Source: an uncultured Candidatus Saccharibacteria bacterium (GTDB lineage Bacteria; Patescibacteriota; Saccharimonadia; Saccharimonadales; JACQNP01). From it: a DNA stretch of 64,000 nt. Every line of letters starts with the position of its first letter. Position 1 is the first letter of the stretch. Positions 36,160-44,999 of this stretch are shown piece by piece. The position numbers and the translations under genes are program-made. Below the pieces are notes generated by a model. The model saw only the letters and a list, made by a program, of their open reading frames with translations. It ran no database searches and had not been told where the DNA came from. The DNA lies in contig CAZPWF010000003.1 in NCBI GenBank assembly GCA_964590725.1, positions 1,649 through 65,648 on the forward strand, written 5' to 3'.

Positions 36160-37689
36160 GTGTATTGGTTAGATAATGTTGTAAATAAATTAATACAAGA
36201 TCATCCTGATGGAGAAATTCTAGTCTCTTCTGGTGTTTCGCCCTCTGGAACCTATCACTTAGGAACATTACGTGAGGTGCTGACTGCTGAGGTAATTCTG
36301 CGCGAACTAAAGAATAGGGGCAGAAAAGCGCGTCATGTACATGTGGTAGATGATCTAGATGTATTTCGTAAAGTGCCAGTCGATGTTCCAAACGAGTTTG
36401 ATCAATATCTAGGTAGGCCATTGTGTGATGTGCCTGCGCCAGACGGTAGTGATATGTCATACGCAGATTATTTCCTAAAAGATCTTCTGGAAGCTGCAAA
36501 AAATTTACACCTAGAAATGGAAGTTGTACGTGCTCATCAAAAATATCGCGAAGGATATTTTGTCTCAGCTATTGAAAAATCACTTGATAATAATGAAGTC
36601 ATAAGAAAGATTCTTGAGGATGTGTCCGGTCGCAAGCTTGATGAGTCTTGGTCTCCAATTCAAATTATAGAAGATGGCTATCTGAAAAACAGGCAGTTTG
36701 TATCTATTGATAAAGATGATCACCTGGTTAAATACTTGGACAAGGACAATAAAGAGCAGACTGTTAGCTATGAAAAAGGTGAAGTTAAACTAAGTTGGAG
36801 AATTGACTGGCCGGCAAGATGGTGGCTGCTTGGAGTTGATGTTGAGCCCTTTGGTAAAGATCATGCAACTAAGGGCGGATCATATGATACTGGCAAGCGA
36901 ATTGTCGAAGAAGTATTCGATACTTTAGCGCCACTGCCAGTGCCGTATAATTTCATAAATCGCACTGGTGACACTAAAAAAATGAGCAAGAGTGCGGGAG
37001 ATACAGTGACTGCTTCGCAGCTTCTAACCATTCTACCAGCCGAAGTAGTTTGGTATTTTGTGATTCGTTATTCGCCAGATAAGTTACTGTTCTTTGATCA
37101 AGGAGAGACACTGGCAAAAATAATTGACGAGTTCGCTGCTTTACTAGCAAAACCAGATAAAACTGAAGACGAAGAGCATTTGATACAACTATGTTTAATA
37201 GGTGTAGATAAACCGACCATTACAAATATTCCATTTTCACATTTAATCGCAAGTTATCAGGCATCGCTTCGCGAAAGTGAAAAGACGATTGAGGTTATTG
37301 AGAGAACTGAACACAAGCAAACTGCTAAGTCGGACAGGGAGGTTATAATAGAAGAGTTGAGGTTCATTGATACATGGTTGGATGAATGGGCGCCAGTTGA
37401 AATGAAGTTTAGCTTACTTGAATCATTCGATTCGTCTACCCTCACAGAAACTCAAAAGCGTTATTTGCAAGGATTGGCTGATAAGATCGAAAAAGCACCA
37501 GAAGACGCTGATGGTGAATGGTTTCATTTGGCAATTTATGGGTTTAAGGAAGAACTTGGCATGCATCCCAAGGAACTATTCTCTACACTCTACCAAGCGG
37601 TTATTGGTAAGGACTATGGGCCAAGAGCAGGTTGGTTTTTGAGTATTTTACCTAGAGAATGGTTGGTAGAGAGGTTAAGCCTAAAATAG
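36160..37689 (+). CDS. lysK: class I lysyl-tRNA synthetase
   Basis: The N-terminus (YWLDNVVNKLI...SSGVSPSGTYHLGTLREV) aligns with the archaeal/spirochaetal class I LysRS start (HWAD...PSG.(h)H(h)G). KMSKS motif present (KKMSKSAGD). 509 aa, GTG start. Confidence 0.9.
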   Translation: MYWLDNVVNKLIQDHPDGEILVSSGVSPSGTYHLGTLREVLTAEVILRELKNRGRKARHVHVVDDLDVFRKVPVDVPNEFDQYLGRPLCDVPAPDGSDMSYADYFLKDLLEAAKNLHLEMEVVRAHQKYREGYFVSAIEKSLDNNEVIRKILEDVSGRKLDESWSPIQIIEDGYLKNRQFVSIDKDDHLVKYLDKDNKEQTVSYEKGEVKLSWRIDWPARWWLLGVDVEPFGKDHATKGGSYDTGKRIVEEVFDTLAPLPVPYNFINRTGDTKKMSKSAGDTVTASQLLTILPAEVVWYFVIRYSPDKLLFFDQGETLAKIIDEFAALLAKPDKTEDEEHLIQLCLIGVDKPTITNIPFSHLIASYQASLRESEKTIEVIERTEHKQTAKSDREVIIEELRFIDTWLDEWAPVEMKFSLLESFDSSTLTETQKRYLQGLADKIEKAPEDADGEWFHLAIYGFKEELGMHPKELFSTLYQAVIGKDYGPRAGWFLSILPREWLVERLSLK

Positions 37690-37716
37690 CTAATGAGCTT
37701 TAGCTCCTAGAGTTTC

Positions 37717-37725
37717 TGGTATACT
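37717..37725 (+). promoter_or_regulatory. extended -10 TGgTATACT, 8 nt before the ATG at 37734
   Basis: tggtatact, then tatcaaca, then ATG. Confidence 0.5.
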
Positions 37726-37733
37726 TATCAACA

Positions 37734-38183
37734 ATGACAAGTCCTGAATTTGATCAGGGTGGTGAAATTCTTGAAACTCAAGTTTTTTATGAAGATGCTG
37801 CAAGGTGGGCTGATTTGGTCCAAGAAATTATTGATCAGCAGCAAGGTATTGAGCACGTAAAAACTGTTATTAAGGATTTCAATGACGGATCATCACTAAA
37901 AGGGGCTACTTTAATAATTGAATCAAGCCTACATTATATAGACTGGTCATATGGCCAAGCTTCTAATGAAGATAATATATCCTTTGAAATTGCTAAAGGG
38001 AAATTTCAGGGAGTGTTTATCGGATATCAAGTTGCACCGGCATTGAGTCGTTTAACTGGCTTGCATGAACCGGTTCTCTCGACCGTACTGGATACATCAA
38101 TAGCTGATCCTGACGTTGATAGTATTAAAGTATTTGTTGTAAGTCCTATAAATATTGCAGACATTGAGCTGGTTAAAGATTAG
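37734..38183 (+). CDS. hypothetical protein (149 aa)
   Basis: The ATG lies 8 nt after an extended -10 (tggtatact, 37717-37725). Acidic, no TM segment, no recognisable motif. Confidence 0.55.
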   Translation: MTSPEFDQGGEILETQVFYEDAARWADLVQEIIDQQQGIEHVKTVIKDFNDGSSLKGATLIIESSLHYIDWSYGQASNEDNISFEIAKGKFQGVFIGYQVAPALSRLTGLHEPVLSTVLDTSIADPDVDSIKVFVVSPINIADIELVKD

Positions 38184-38266
38184 TAGCAATGTTGTCCATA
38201 ACACAAGCGAGATAATTCGTGCTTTTCAGTAATGTTCGATAGAATAAATACAGACGGAGGCTCGAA

Positions 38267-38992
38267 TTGATTGAAGTAAACGCAGTAAGCAAGGTGTACG
38301 GCAAGAAAGACAATCTCTTTATTGCTTTGAATGATATAAATCTGAAAATCCCAGATGGTGCTTCTGTCGCTATAGTTGGTAAGAGTGGAAGCGGTAAAAG
38401 TACGCTTATGCACGTAATGAGCGGGCTTGATCGTCCAGATGAAGGTCAAATTATTATTGATGGTAAAGACTTGCATAGTTTGAAACGACAAACCATGGAT
38501 AAGTTTCGGGCAGAAGAGATGAGTTTTATTTTTCAGGCGTTCTTTGTCGAGGCTAACCAATCTTGCTATCAAAACGTATCATTGCCGTTAGAGATTGCAG
38601 GAGTCCCTCGCAGGCGGCGTAGGACTATGGTTGAAAAGGCGCTAGGGCGTGTCGATCTTCTTGATAAAATAGATAGTAAAGCCAAGAATTTGTCTGGCGG
38701 CCAAAAACAACGTTTAGCAATTGCTCGGGCTATAGTTAATAAACCAAAGTATATTTTTGCTGATGAACCAACAGGAAATCTAGATACCGTAACAGGTCAA
38801 AAGGTCGAAGATCTTCTTTTCGAGCTAAATAAAAAATTAGGCTGTACATTATTTATTGTCACTCATGACGCTGAATTAGCTGCAAAGTGCAAGATACAGG
38901 TAAATATTAAAGACGGAAGTCTTGTCGAAAGCGAAAAGACAACTAAAAAAATAACCAAAACTGCCGCCAAGACCAAGAAGGGTAAGAAATAA
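38267..38992 (+). CDS. ABC transporter ATP-binding protein (MacB/LolD/FtsE-like)
   Basis: TTG start 6 nt after ggagg. Walker A (GKSGSGKST), signature (LSGGQKQR), Walker B ([11 protein letters not shown]), and an H-loop (VTHD). A Lys-rich tail follows. Confidence 0.9.
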   Translation: MIEVNAVSKVYGKKDNLFIALNDINLKIPDGASVAIVGKSGSGKSTLMHVMSGLDRPDEGQIIIDGKDLHSLKRQTMDKFRAEEMSFIFQAFFVEANQSCYQNVSLPLEIAGVPRRRRRTMVEKALGRVDLLDKIDSKAKNLSGGQKQRLAIARAIVNKPKYIFADEPTGNLDTVTGQKVEDLLFELNKKLGCTLFIVTHDAELAAKCKIQVNIKDGSLVESEKTTKKITKTAAKTKKGKK

Positions 38993-40374
38993 TGAAGTTC
39001 ATGGATCTTATTAAGCGAGCTGGGCGGTCTTTGGCTACGGCGAAGGCACGAACGATTTTAACGGCTTTAGCTATTGCAGTTGGTGGTTTTACGCTAACAC
39101 TTACGATTGCGGCTAGTAATGGAGCTACACAATACGGCAACAAATTGATTAGTAGCAATTTTGACCCATCAGAGCTAATTGTTGGCCGCGATAAAGCAGT
39201 GTCCGGTGGCGCTGCAACATCGAGCAGCCCTCAAGAATATGATGAATCAATTGCTTCAGTAAGTGCGGGTGGTCCAAATGCAAAACTACAGGTTAAGCGT
39301 GTGTCGCAACAAGACGTTGAACAGCTTAGAAAGTTACCATTTATTGAGCAGGTCCGAGAAAATTACCAAATTGATATGCGATACGTTACAAGAGAAGGCC
39401 AGAAGAAATATACAGGAAGCTTACAAGCATACAATCCAGCACAAAAACCAGAAATGAAATCCGGTAATCTTCCGGTCGAAGGAGATATTTCACAAGGAAC
39501 TGTACTTCTACCTGACGCATATCTAGAGCCGCTGGGGCTTGGAACCGCTGAACAGGCTATAGGAAAGACAGTGACAGTTACGGTACAACAACCTTTTAAT
39601 ATTGACACGTTAAAAGGCTTAATTGGTGGACAGACAGGGGATTTGGGTTCTGTCGATCCTAATAGTTTAAAACCCAAAGAAATGAGCATGACTTTTAAGA
39701 TTGCTGGAGTAACAAAAAAACCCACCACAAGCCTAAATTTCGGCCTGTCACCAATGCTAATAAGTACTCCTGATGCTAAGCAGTTATACGATTTTACGCA
39801 AAAGGGTACATCCGATTATCAGAAATATTTGTTCGTATATGCGCGAGTAAAGGGTGGTCAAAACGAGGCGCAATTACTTGAAGCTCAAAAACAATTAATT
39901 GCACAAGGCTTTGAGGTTCAGAGCATAAAAGATGTTCAGAAGACAATTAATCAGTTTATTAATGTATTGCAGATAATTGTAACCGTTTTCGGTGTTATTA
40001 CTCTTATAGCGTCGGTATTTGGGGTTATAAATACGCAGTACATTAGTGTCTTAGAGAGAACCCGAGAAATAGGTCTTATGAAAGCTCTTGGTATGCGTCG
40101 ATCTGATGTTAGTAGACTATTTATTCTTGAAGCGACCTGGATAGGCTTTTTGGGCGGTATTATCGGCGCAATTTTAGCTTTTATATTGGGTGTCGTTATG
40201 AACCCATACATATCTAACAAATTAGACCTGGGAAGCGATAGGTTGTTGATATTTAAGCCGGTCCAAATAATTATCTTGATATTAATTTTGATGTTGATAG
40301 CAACACTAGCGGGCCTTTTGCCAGCACGTAAGGCTGCAAAACTTGATCCGATTGAAGCTCTAAGGACTGAATAA
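38992..40374 (+). CDS. ABC transporter permease, MacB/FtsX-type with a large periplasmic-type loop
   Basis: ATG overlaps the ATPase stop. TM1 is followed by a ~290-aa extracytoplasmic domain and then the FtsX-domain four-helix region (REIGLMKALGMRRSDV...). The C-terminus reads PARKAAKLDPIEALRTE. Confidence 0.86.
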   Translation: MKFMDLIKRAGRSLATAKARTILTALAIAVGGFTLTLTIAASNGATQYGNKLISSNFDPSELIVGRDKAVSGGAATSSSPQEYDESIASVSAGGPNAKLQVKRVSQQDVEQLRKLPFIEQVRENYQIDMRYVTREGQKKYTGSLQAYNPAQKPEMKSGNLPVEGDISQGTVLLPDAYLEPLGLGTAEQAIGKTVTVTVQQPFNIDTLKGLIGGQTGDLGSVDPNSLKPKEMSMTFKIAGVTKKPTTSLNFGLSPMLISTPDAKQLYDFTQKGTSDYQKYLFVYARVKGGQNEAQLLEAQKQLIAQGFEVQSIKDVQKTINQFINVLQIIVTVFGVITLIASVFGVINTQYISVLERTREIGLMKALGMRRSDVSRLFILEATWIGFLGGIIGAILAFILGVVMNPYISNKLDLGSDRLLIFKPVQIIILILILMLIATLAGLLPARKAAKLDPIEALRTE

Positions 40375-40392
40375 CTGATAGGAGAGTAGCTA

Positions 40393-40695
40393 GTGAAGGC
40401 AACTTGGAAAAATAATGTAATAGCAGAAGCTCCCAGAGAAGAGTTGATTTATATAGAGGGTAATTGGTACTTTCCTCCCTCACGAGTAAATATGGAATAT
40501 TTACAAAAAAGTGATACTCCGTATACCTGCCCCTGGAAGGGCGTCTGCCAATACTTTGATGTGTTGGCTGGCGACGAAAGCGCAAGAGATTGTGCCTGGT
40601 GCTACTCTGAGCCGTTACCCAACGCTATAGATCGAGTAAAAAAAGACTTTAGTAACTATATTGCTTTTTGGCGAGATGTAACGGTAGATGAGTAG
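40393..40695 (+). CDS. DUF427-family small protein
   Basis: 100 aa, GTG start after aggagag. Characteristic strings include VIAEAPREELIYIEGNWYFP...YTCPWKGVCQYFDV. Confidence 0.7.
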   Translation: MKATWKNNVIAEAPREELIYIEGNWYFPPSRVNMEYLQKSDTPYTCPWKGVCQYFDVLAGDESARDCAWCYSEPLPNAIDRVKKDFSNYIAFWRDVTVDE

Positions 40696-41220
40696 GTGGA
40701 AACAATAGTTTTAGGCGGGGGATGTTTCTGGTGTTTGGAAGCTAGTTATCAACTAGTGCGTGGAGTTGACGAAGCTTTACCTGGTTATGCTGGCGGGACA
40801 ACCCAAAATCCAACATATTACGATCTTCATGAAAACAACACCGGACATGCTGAAGTTGTGCAAGTAATGTTTGAACCTTCTGTTATTTCTTTAGATAATA
40901 TCCTGTAAATATTTTGGGTTATTCACGACCCAACCACTCTAAATAAACAGGGTAATGATATTGGATCAGAGTATAGATCAATTATTTTGTACAATAATGA
41001 CGAGCAGAGGGAGATAATTAATTCTTCAAAAGAAGCGGCGCAAAAACTCTGGGATAATCCAATTGTGACAGAAATAGAAAGGTTAAAAACATTTTACGAG
41101 GCCGAGCCAGAACACCATAACTATTTTAGGTTACATCCTGAACAAGCGTATTGTCAGATAGTCATAAACCCAAAGATTGCTAAGTTAAAATCGTCATTTA
41201 GCTCTAAGTTAAAAGATTAA
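40696..41220 (+). pseudogene. msrA: peptide methionine-S-sulfoxide reductase MsrA interrupted by one in-frame TAA (40906-40908)
   Basis: Tracked ORFs 40696-40908 and 40987-41220 are in the same frame. Reading through the stop gives a full-length MsrA: GGGCFWCLEA ... GYAGG...NPTY ... TGHAEVVQV...[29 protein letters not shown]... The stop occupies the position that is Glu in B. subtilis MsrA (..LLELFW..), so a single GAA->TAA change would explain it. Confidence 0.8.
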
Positions 41221-41897
41221 CGATAAATTTTTAATATCCCTAAACTTAAAAGATAGAATCCCAATATTAAGCAGCCCCATATTAGTATTGGTTTATAACT
41301 TCGATTCATTAACGGGTCAATTCTTTCTTCAATGTTTTTTATGGTTTCAGGTCTCTTTATGGAATATCCAATCATTCCTAAAAACGGGATCATCCCTACG
41401 CATATTGTCCAAAAAAGTCCAAGTAATACTACTAGATAGTTATCGGTCATGTCTTTAATTATTTTTGTTGCCGCAACAATCCCGATAATACTAGTAAAAC
41501 TAAGTGCTGATCTAAAAAAGGCAAACCAGAAAAGAGAGATGCCAGACATGTTTACAGAGTCAAGCTTTTTTGGATTTGAAGTTTTCGGGAAAAATCTAAG
41601 TCGAAGGCCGACGAGTACTAGAATTACTCCAAAAATTATATTTAGAATGGGTGATAAACGAATATCGTGACTAAATGATCTTACTTGTGTATTTTCGTTA
41701 AAAACAAACCCACCAACAATGGCAATTATAATTAAAGGAGTTGCTACGCCCGCAATAAGTATTATTGAGTTTAACAGTGGCCTTTTTGATTTTAGTATAA
41801 TTGCAAGCTCAGATACGAGCAGTAGAGGATTGAAGGCGACAAAAATTCCTAAAAAGGTTAGTTCGATTATTACGACTACAACCTGGAGTATATTCAT
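41217..41897 (-). CDS. hypothetical polytopic membrane protein (GAP/LysE-like topology)
   Basis: 226 aa with about 6 hydrophobic helices and no conserved Cys pair. It overlaps the msrA stop by 4 nt (convergent). The family assignment is only a guess. Confidence 0.55.
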   Translation of the reverse strand: MNILQVVVVIIELTFLGIFVAFNPLLLVSELAIILKSKRPLLNSIILIAGVATPLIIIAIVGGFVFNENTQVRSFSHDIRLSPILNIIFGVILVLVGLRLRFFPKTSNPKKLDSVNMSGISLFWFAFFRSALSFTSIIGIVAATKIIKDMTDNYLVVLLGLFWTICVGMIPFLGMIGYSIKRPETIKNIEERIDPLMNRSYKPILIWGCLILGFYLLSLGILKIYR

Positions 41898-41941
41898 TAA
41901 CTTATAGTAACGATTCGTTTATGGTAAGCCAAGAATTAATA

Positions 41942-41950
41942 TGTTAATGT
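41942..41950 (+). promoter_or_regulatory. extended -10 TGtTAATGT, 6 nt before the heliorhodopsin ATG
   Basis: tgttaatgt, then tttggt, then the ATG at 41957. Confidence 0.45.
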
Positions 41951-41956
41951 TTTGGT

Positions 41957-42760
41957 ATGACTACAAAATCAATCAAGAAAAAACCAATCACAATGGATAG
42001 CTTATATCGATTAAACGTCGGCGCGGCAATACTGCATGCGGCTCAAGGTATAGTTGTATTAATACTTGCAAAAGCATCAACCTTGCCGGTAACTACAAGT
42101 TTTCTAACTATCGATACGCTAACTAGTAAGCCAGGGCAGGCTCCTGTGCTTGTTCCAGGAACAAGCCAAGTGTTTAGTGTGAATTTGGCATACATTGTTG
42201 CCGCCTTCTTCTTTATGTCTGCAATTGCGCATACGGTTATTGCTACAGTTTATCGCAAACGTTATGAGGCAGATCTAAAGGTTGGGATTAATAAAGCGCG
42301 TTGGATTGAATATGCGATCAGTGCCAGTACTATGATGGTCGCTATAGGATTCTTGAGCGGTATTTATGATTTATCAAGTTTGATTATGATTTTTGCGCTC
42401 GATTTCATGATGAACATGATGGGGCTAGTTATGGAAGTTTCAAACAAGGGATCTAAAAAACCAAACTGGCTTAGCTATTGGTTGGGATGTTTTGCTGGTA
42501 TTGTCCCGTGGATTGTATTTGCGATATATGTTTGGGGTGCAAGCGTTTATGGAAGCGGTAATGTACCGACATTTGTATACTGGATTTACCTCAGTATCTT
42601 CATATTCTTTAATTGCTTTGCAATAAATATGTATTTGCAGTACAAAAAAATTGGAAAATGGGCGGATTATTTATACGGAGAACGAGTGTATATAATTCTT
42701 AGTCTTGTTGCGAAATCATTGTTGGCTTGGCAGGTATTTGCCGGCACACTACGCCCTTAA
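41957..42760 (+). CDS. heliorhodopsin (canonical, retinal-binding Lys present)
   Basis: 267 aa. It matches the heliorhodopsin prototype 48C12 (recalled from memory) along its whole length: ILHAAQGIVVL (His in TM1), SAIAHTVIA (His in TM3 region), RWIEYAISAS (counter-ion Glu118, codon 42308-42310), GCFAGIVPWIVFAIYV, and YLQYKKIGKWADYLYGERVYIILSLVAKSLLAWQVFAGTL (Schiff-base Lys253, AAA at 42713-42715). An extended -10 (tgttaatgt) ends 6 nt before the ATG. Confidence 0.9.
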   Translation: MTTKSIKKKPITMDSLYRLNVGAAILHAAQGIVVLILAKASTLPVTTSFLTIDTLTSKPGQAPVLVPGTSQVFSVNLAYIVAAFFFMSAIAHTVIATVYRKRYEADLKVGINKARWIEYAISASTMMVAIGFLSGIYDLSSLIMIFALDFMMNMMGLVMEVSNKGSKKPNWLSYWLGCFAGIVPWIVFAIYVWGASVYGSGNVPTFVYWIYLSIFIFFNCFAINMYLQYKKIGKWADYLYGERVYIILSLVAKSLLAWQVFAGTLRP

Positions 42761-42819
42761 TTTGCACCTCAAGTGACTCATCTGTGGCACCACGAGTTAA
42801 TGTGTGTTAAAGTTGTGCC

Positions 42820-43740
42820 ATGGCTACAACTACTAAGAAAACAACTAAGGCAAAAACCAAAACTGTAAAACCAAAGACCTCAACGGCAAAAACTTCAACA
42901 ACTAAATCTGTCAAAAAATCTGTTACCAAAAAACCAACCATTAAGGCTGTAGAAGTAAAATCTAATCCAGTCGCCCCAGTCAATGTATTGCAAAAAATTT
43001 ATGCAATTAGTATTGCGGTTTATGTGGCAATTGCTGGCGCAGCCTACTTTTTAATGAGTAACGCAAGCTATCAATTAAGTATCGGCTATTGGACGAAAGA
43101 CGCGCTTGCAAGCGCTAATAGCACGGTGTTCGCAGCAGGCTCACAAGGATTAGTTGATGTTCAGGTTAAGTGGATTGTAATGACGGTAGCTCTGCTTTCA
43201 ATCGTTATGCCAGTACTGTATTTAACTAAATTGAAAGATTATCACCAGAAAAGTATGAAAGCTAAAGTACTACCAACTCGTTGGTTAGACATGGCTGTGG
43301 TGGCAGCAATTATGATTGAGGCAGTTGCAATTGTAAGTGGAGTGCTCGATATCGGTACCTTAAAGCTTGTTGGTGGTCTAATGGTTGTAACTTGTATTCT
43401 TGGTTGGATGGCCGAAAAGAGAACTGCAGAAGCAGGTAAGCCAGCGACAGCCAAATACTATTTGAGTATGCTAACTGGGCTATTACCATGGGTATTAATT
43501 GGATTATATGCAATTGCAACACCGCTATATGGTGAAGTTCGCTCACCTTGGTTTGTTTATGCTCTTTACGCAGTTATGTTGATCGGTGCCGGTATTGTAG
43601 GTAGCAATCAACTCAAAGGTCTTAAGGGCCAGGGTAAGTACGCTAGTTTTGGCTACATTGAAAAGAATTATGCAGTCAGTAGCCTTGTTATAAGAACTAT
43701 GTTTGCTGCTGTATTGATTATTGGCTTGATGGCTAAATAA
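42820..43740 (+). CDS. heliorhodopsin-like paralogue lacking the retinal Lys (Arg292), with a Lys/Thr-rich N-terminal tail
   Basis: 306 aa, collinear with the upstream heliorhodopsin:
- RWLDMAVVAAIM vs RWIEYAISASTM (Glu -> Asp157)
- LLPWVLIGLYAIA vs IVPWIVFAIYVWG
- KGQGKYASFGYIEKNYAVSSLVIRTMFAA vs KKIGKWADYLYGERVYIILSLVAKSLLAW (Lys -> Arg, AGA at 43693-43695)
Both conserved His positions are also lost. The first 48 residues contain 15 Lys and 16 Thr/Ser (MATTTKKTTKAKTKTVKPKTSTAKTSTTKSVKKSVTKKPTIK). Confidence 0.75.
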   Translation: MATTTKKTTKAKTKTVKPKTSTAKTSTTKSVKKSVTKKPTIKAVEVKSNPVAPVNVLQKIYAISIAVYVAIAGAAYFLMSNASYQLSIGYWTKDALASANSTVFAAGSQGLVDVQVKWIVMTVALLSIVMPVLYLTKLKDYHQKSMKAKVLPTRWLDMAVVAAIMIEAVAIVSGVLDIGTLKLVGGLMVVTCILGWMAEKRTAEAGKPATAKYYLSMLTGLLPWVLIGLYAIATPLYGEVRSPWFVYALYAVMLIGAGIVGSNQLKGLKGQGKYASFGYIEKNYAVSSLVIRTMFAAVLIIGLMAK

Positions 43741-43751
43741 TTACAACTGAA

Positions 43752-44999
43752 ATGCTTGAAACTGTAAAAATTACTAAGCTCGTTCATGGTGGGCAAGGTC
43801 TTGGTATATTATCTGACGGACGTAAAGTTTTTGTTTGGAACGCTTTACCTGGCGAGCTAGTTAAGATTCAAATTACTAAGAAACGTAAGGATTATTGCGA
43901 AGCCATTAGTCAAGAAATTATAGAAGCATCATCCGAAAGAATTAAGCCGCTGGATGAAGCTTTTATGAGTACTAGCCCTTGGCAGGTCATGTCTTATGAA
44001 GCTGAGAATAAATACAAACAACAAGTATTAACTGAAACTATGTCTCGTGAAAAGGTGGATTGGAAAAAGGAAATAAATCTTTATTCGGACGACCGCCAAT
44101 GGCATTATCGAAACAAAATGGAATATAGCTTTTGGGCGGATGATAATGGTTTACATTTGGCTCTTTTTCATCGCGGAAGTCACGGTAAACAGATAGTGCC
44201 TGGCAGTAGTATTGCCCGACCAGAAATAGATGCCGCAGCTCATGAAGCACTAGACGTATTAGTTGCTAACGGGGTTCGAGGTAGCCAGTTAAAAACCTTG
44301 ATACTTAGATGCAATCAAGAAGGTGATGTTGTAATGGCATTATTCGTAAAAGACGAAAAATTTCCTAAGATTCAAGGACTCAAATCGATAGCACAAGGAA
44401 TAACAGTTTGTTATTCAACCCCAAAAAGTCCAGCCAGCGTTATCACAAAAAAACTATATACATATGGCGACACTTCCATGACTGACATGATCATGGGTGT
44501 GAATATAAATTATGATGTTCATTCTTTTTTTCAGGTTAATGTGCCAGTGTTTGAAAATGCATTGAAACGGATTGATCATTTTACAGCCGGAGCTGACAAT
44601 AAAATTGATCTATATTGTGGCGTCGGTACCATAGGCGTCGCCATAGGCAATACTAAAAAATTTATAGAGATTGATAAAATAAATTGCGAGTATGCACGTA
44701 TAAATGCCGGTTCGGATGCGAAAATTATTCAAGCAAGTTCTGAACAAGCCTTAGATCATATTGACCCTGACAGTACATTGATAGTTGATCCACCTAGAGC
44801 TGGCTTGCACGCAAAGCTGATCGATCGAATTTTAGAAGCAAAACCAAAAATGGTTGCATATCTTAGTTGTAACCCAAGTACGCAGGCACGAGACATTGCC
44901 TTGCTGCAGTTAGGATATAAACTAAAAACGATCGAGGGTTATAATTTTTTTCCTAGAACTCCACATATTGAGAGTTTAGCTGTTATGATAAAGAAATGA
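43752..44999 (+). CDS. RNA (uracil-5-)-methyltransferase, RlmD/RumA/TrmA family
   Basis: TRAM-like N-terminus (VKITKLVHGGQGLG...GELVKIQI), SAM motif (DLYCGVGTIGVAIG), DPPRAGL, and the catalytic Cys context (YLSCNPSTQARD). The substrate (23S rRNA vs tRNA) cannot be determined by eye. Confidence 0.8.
   Translation: MLETVKITKLVHGGQGLGILSDGRKVFVWNALPGELVKIQITKKRKDYCEAISQEIIEASSERIKPLDEAFMSTSPWQVMSYEAENKYKQQVLTETMSREKVDWKKEINLYSDDRQWHYRNKMEYSFWADDNGLHLALFHRGSHGKQIVPGSSIARPEIDAAAHEALDVLVANGVRGSQLKTLILRCNQEGDVVMALFVKDEKFPKIQGLKSIAQGITVCYSTPKSPASVITKKLYTYGDTSMTDMIMGVNINYDVHSFFQVNVPVFENALKRIDHFTAGADNKIDLYCGVGTIGVAIGNTKKFIEIDKINCEYARINAGSDAKIIQASSEQALDHIDPDSTLIVDPPRAGLHAKLIDRILEAKPKMVAYLSCNPSTQARDIALLQLGYKLKTIEGYNFFPRTPHIESLAVMIKK

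Noticed and set aside
36128-36499. A minus-strand 123-aa ORF. The ORF at 38180-38572 (minus strand, 130 aa) is a similar case.
   Set aside because: Both are antisense to strongly supported genes (lysK; the ABC ATPase) and lack motifs or ribosome-binding sites.
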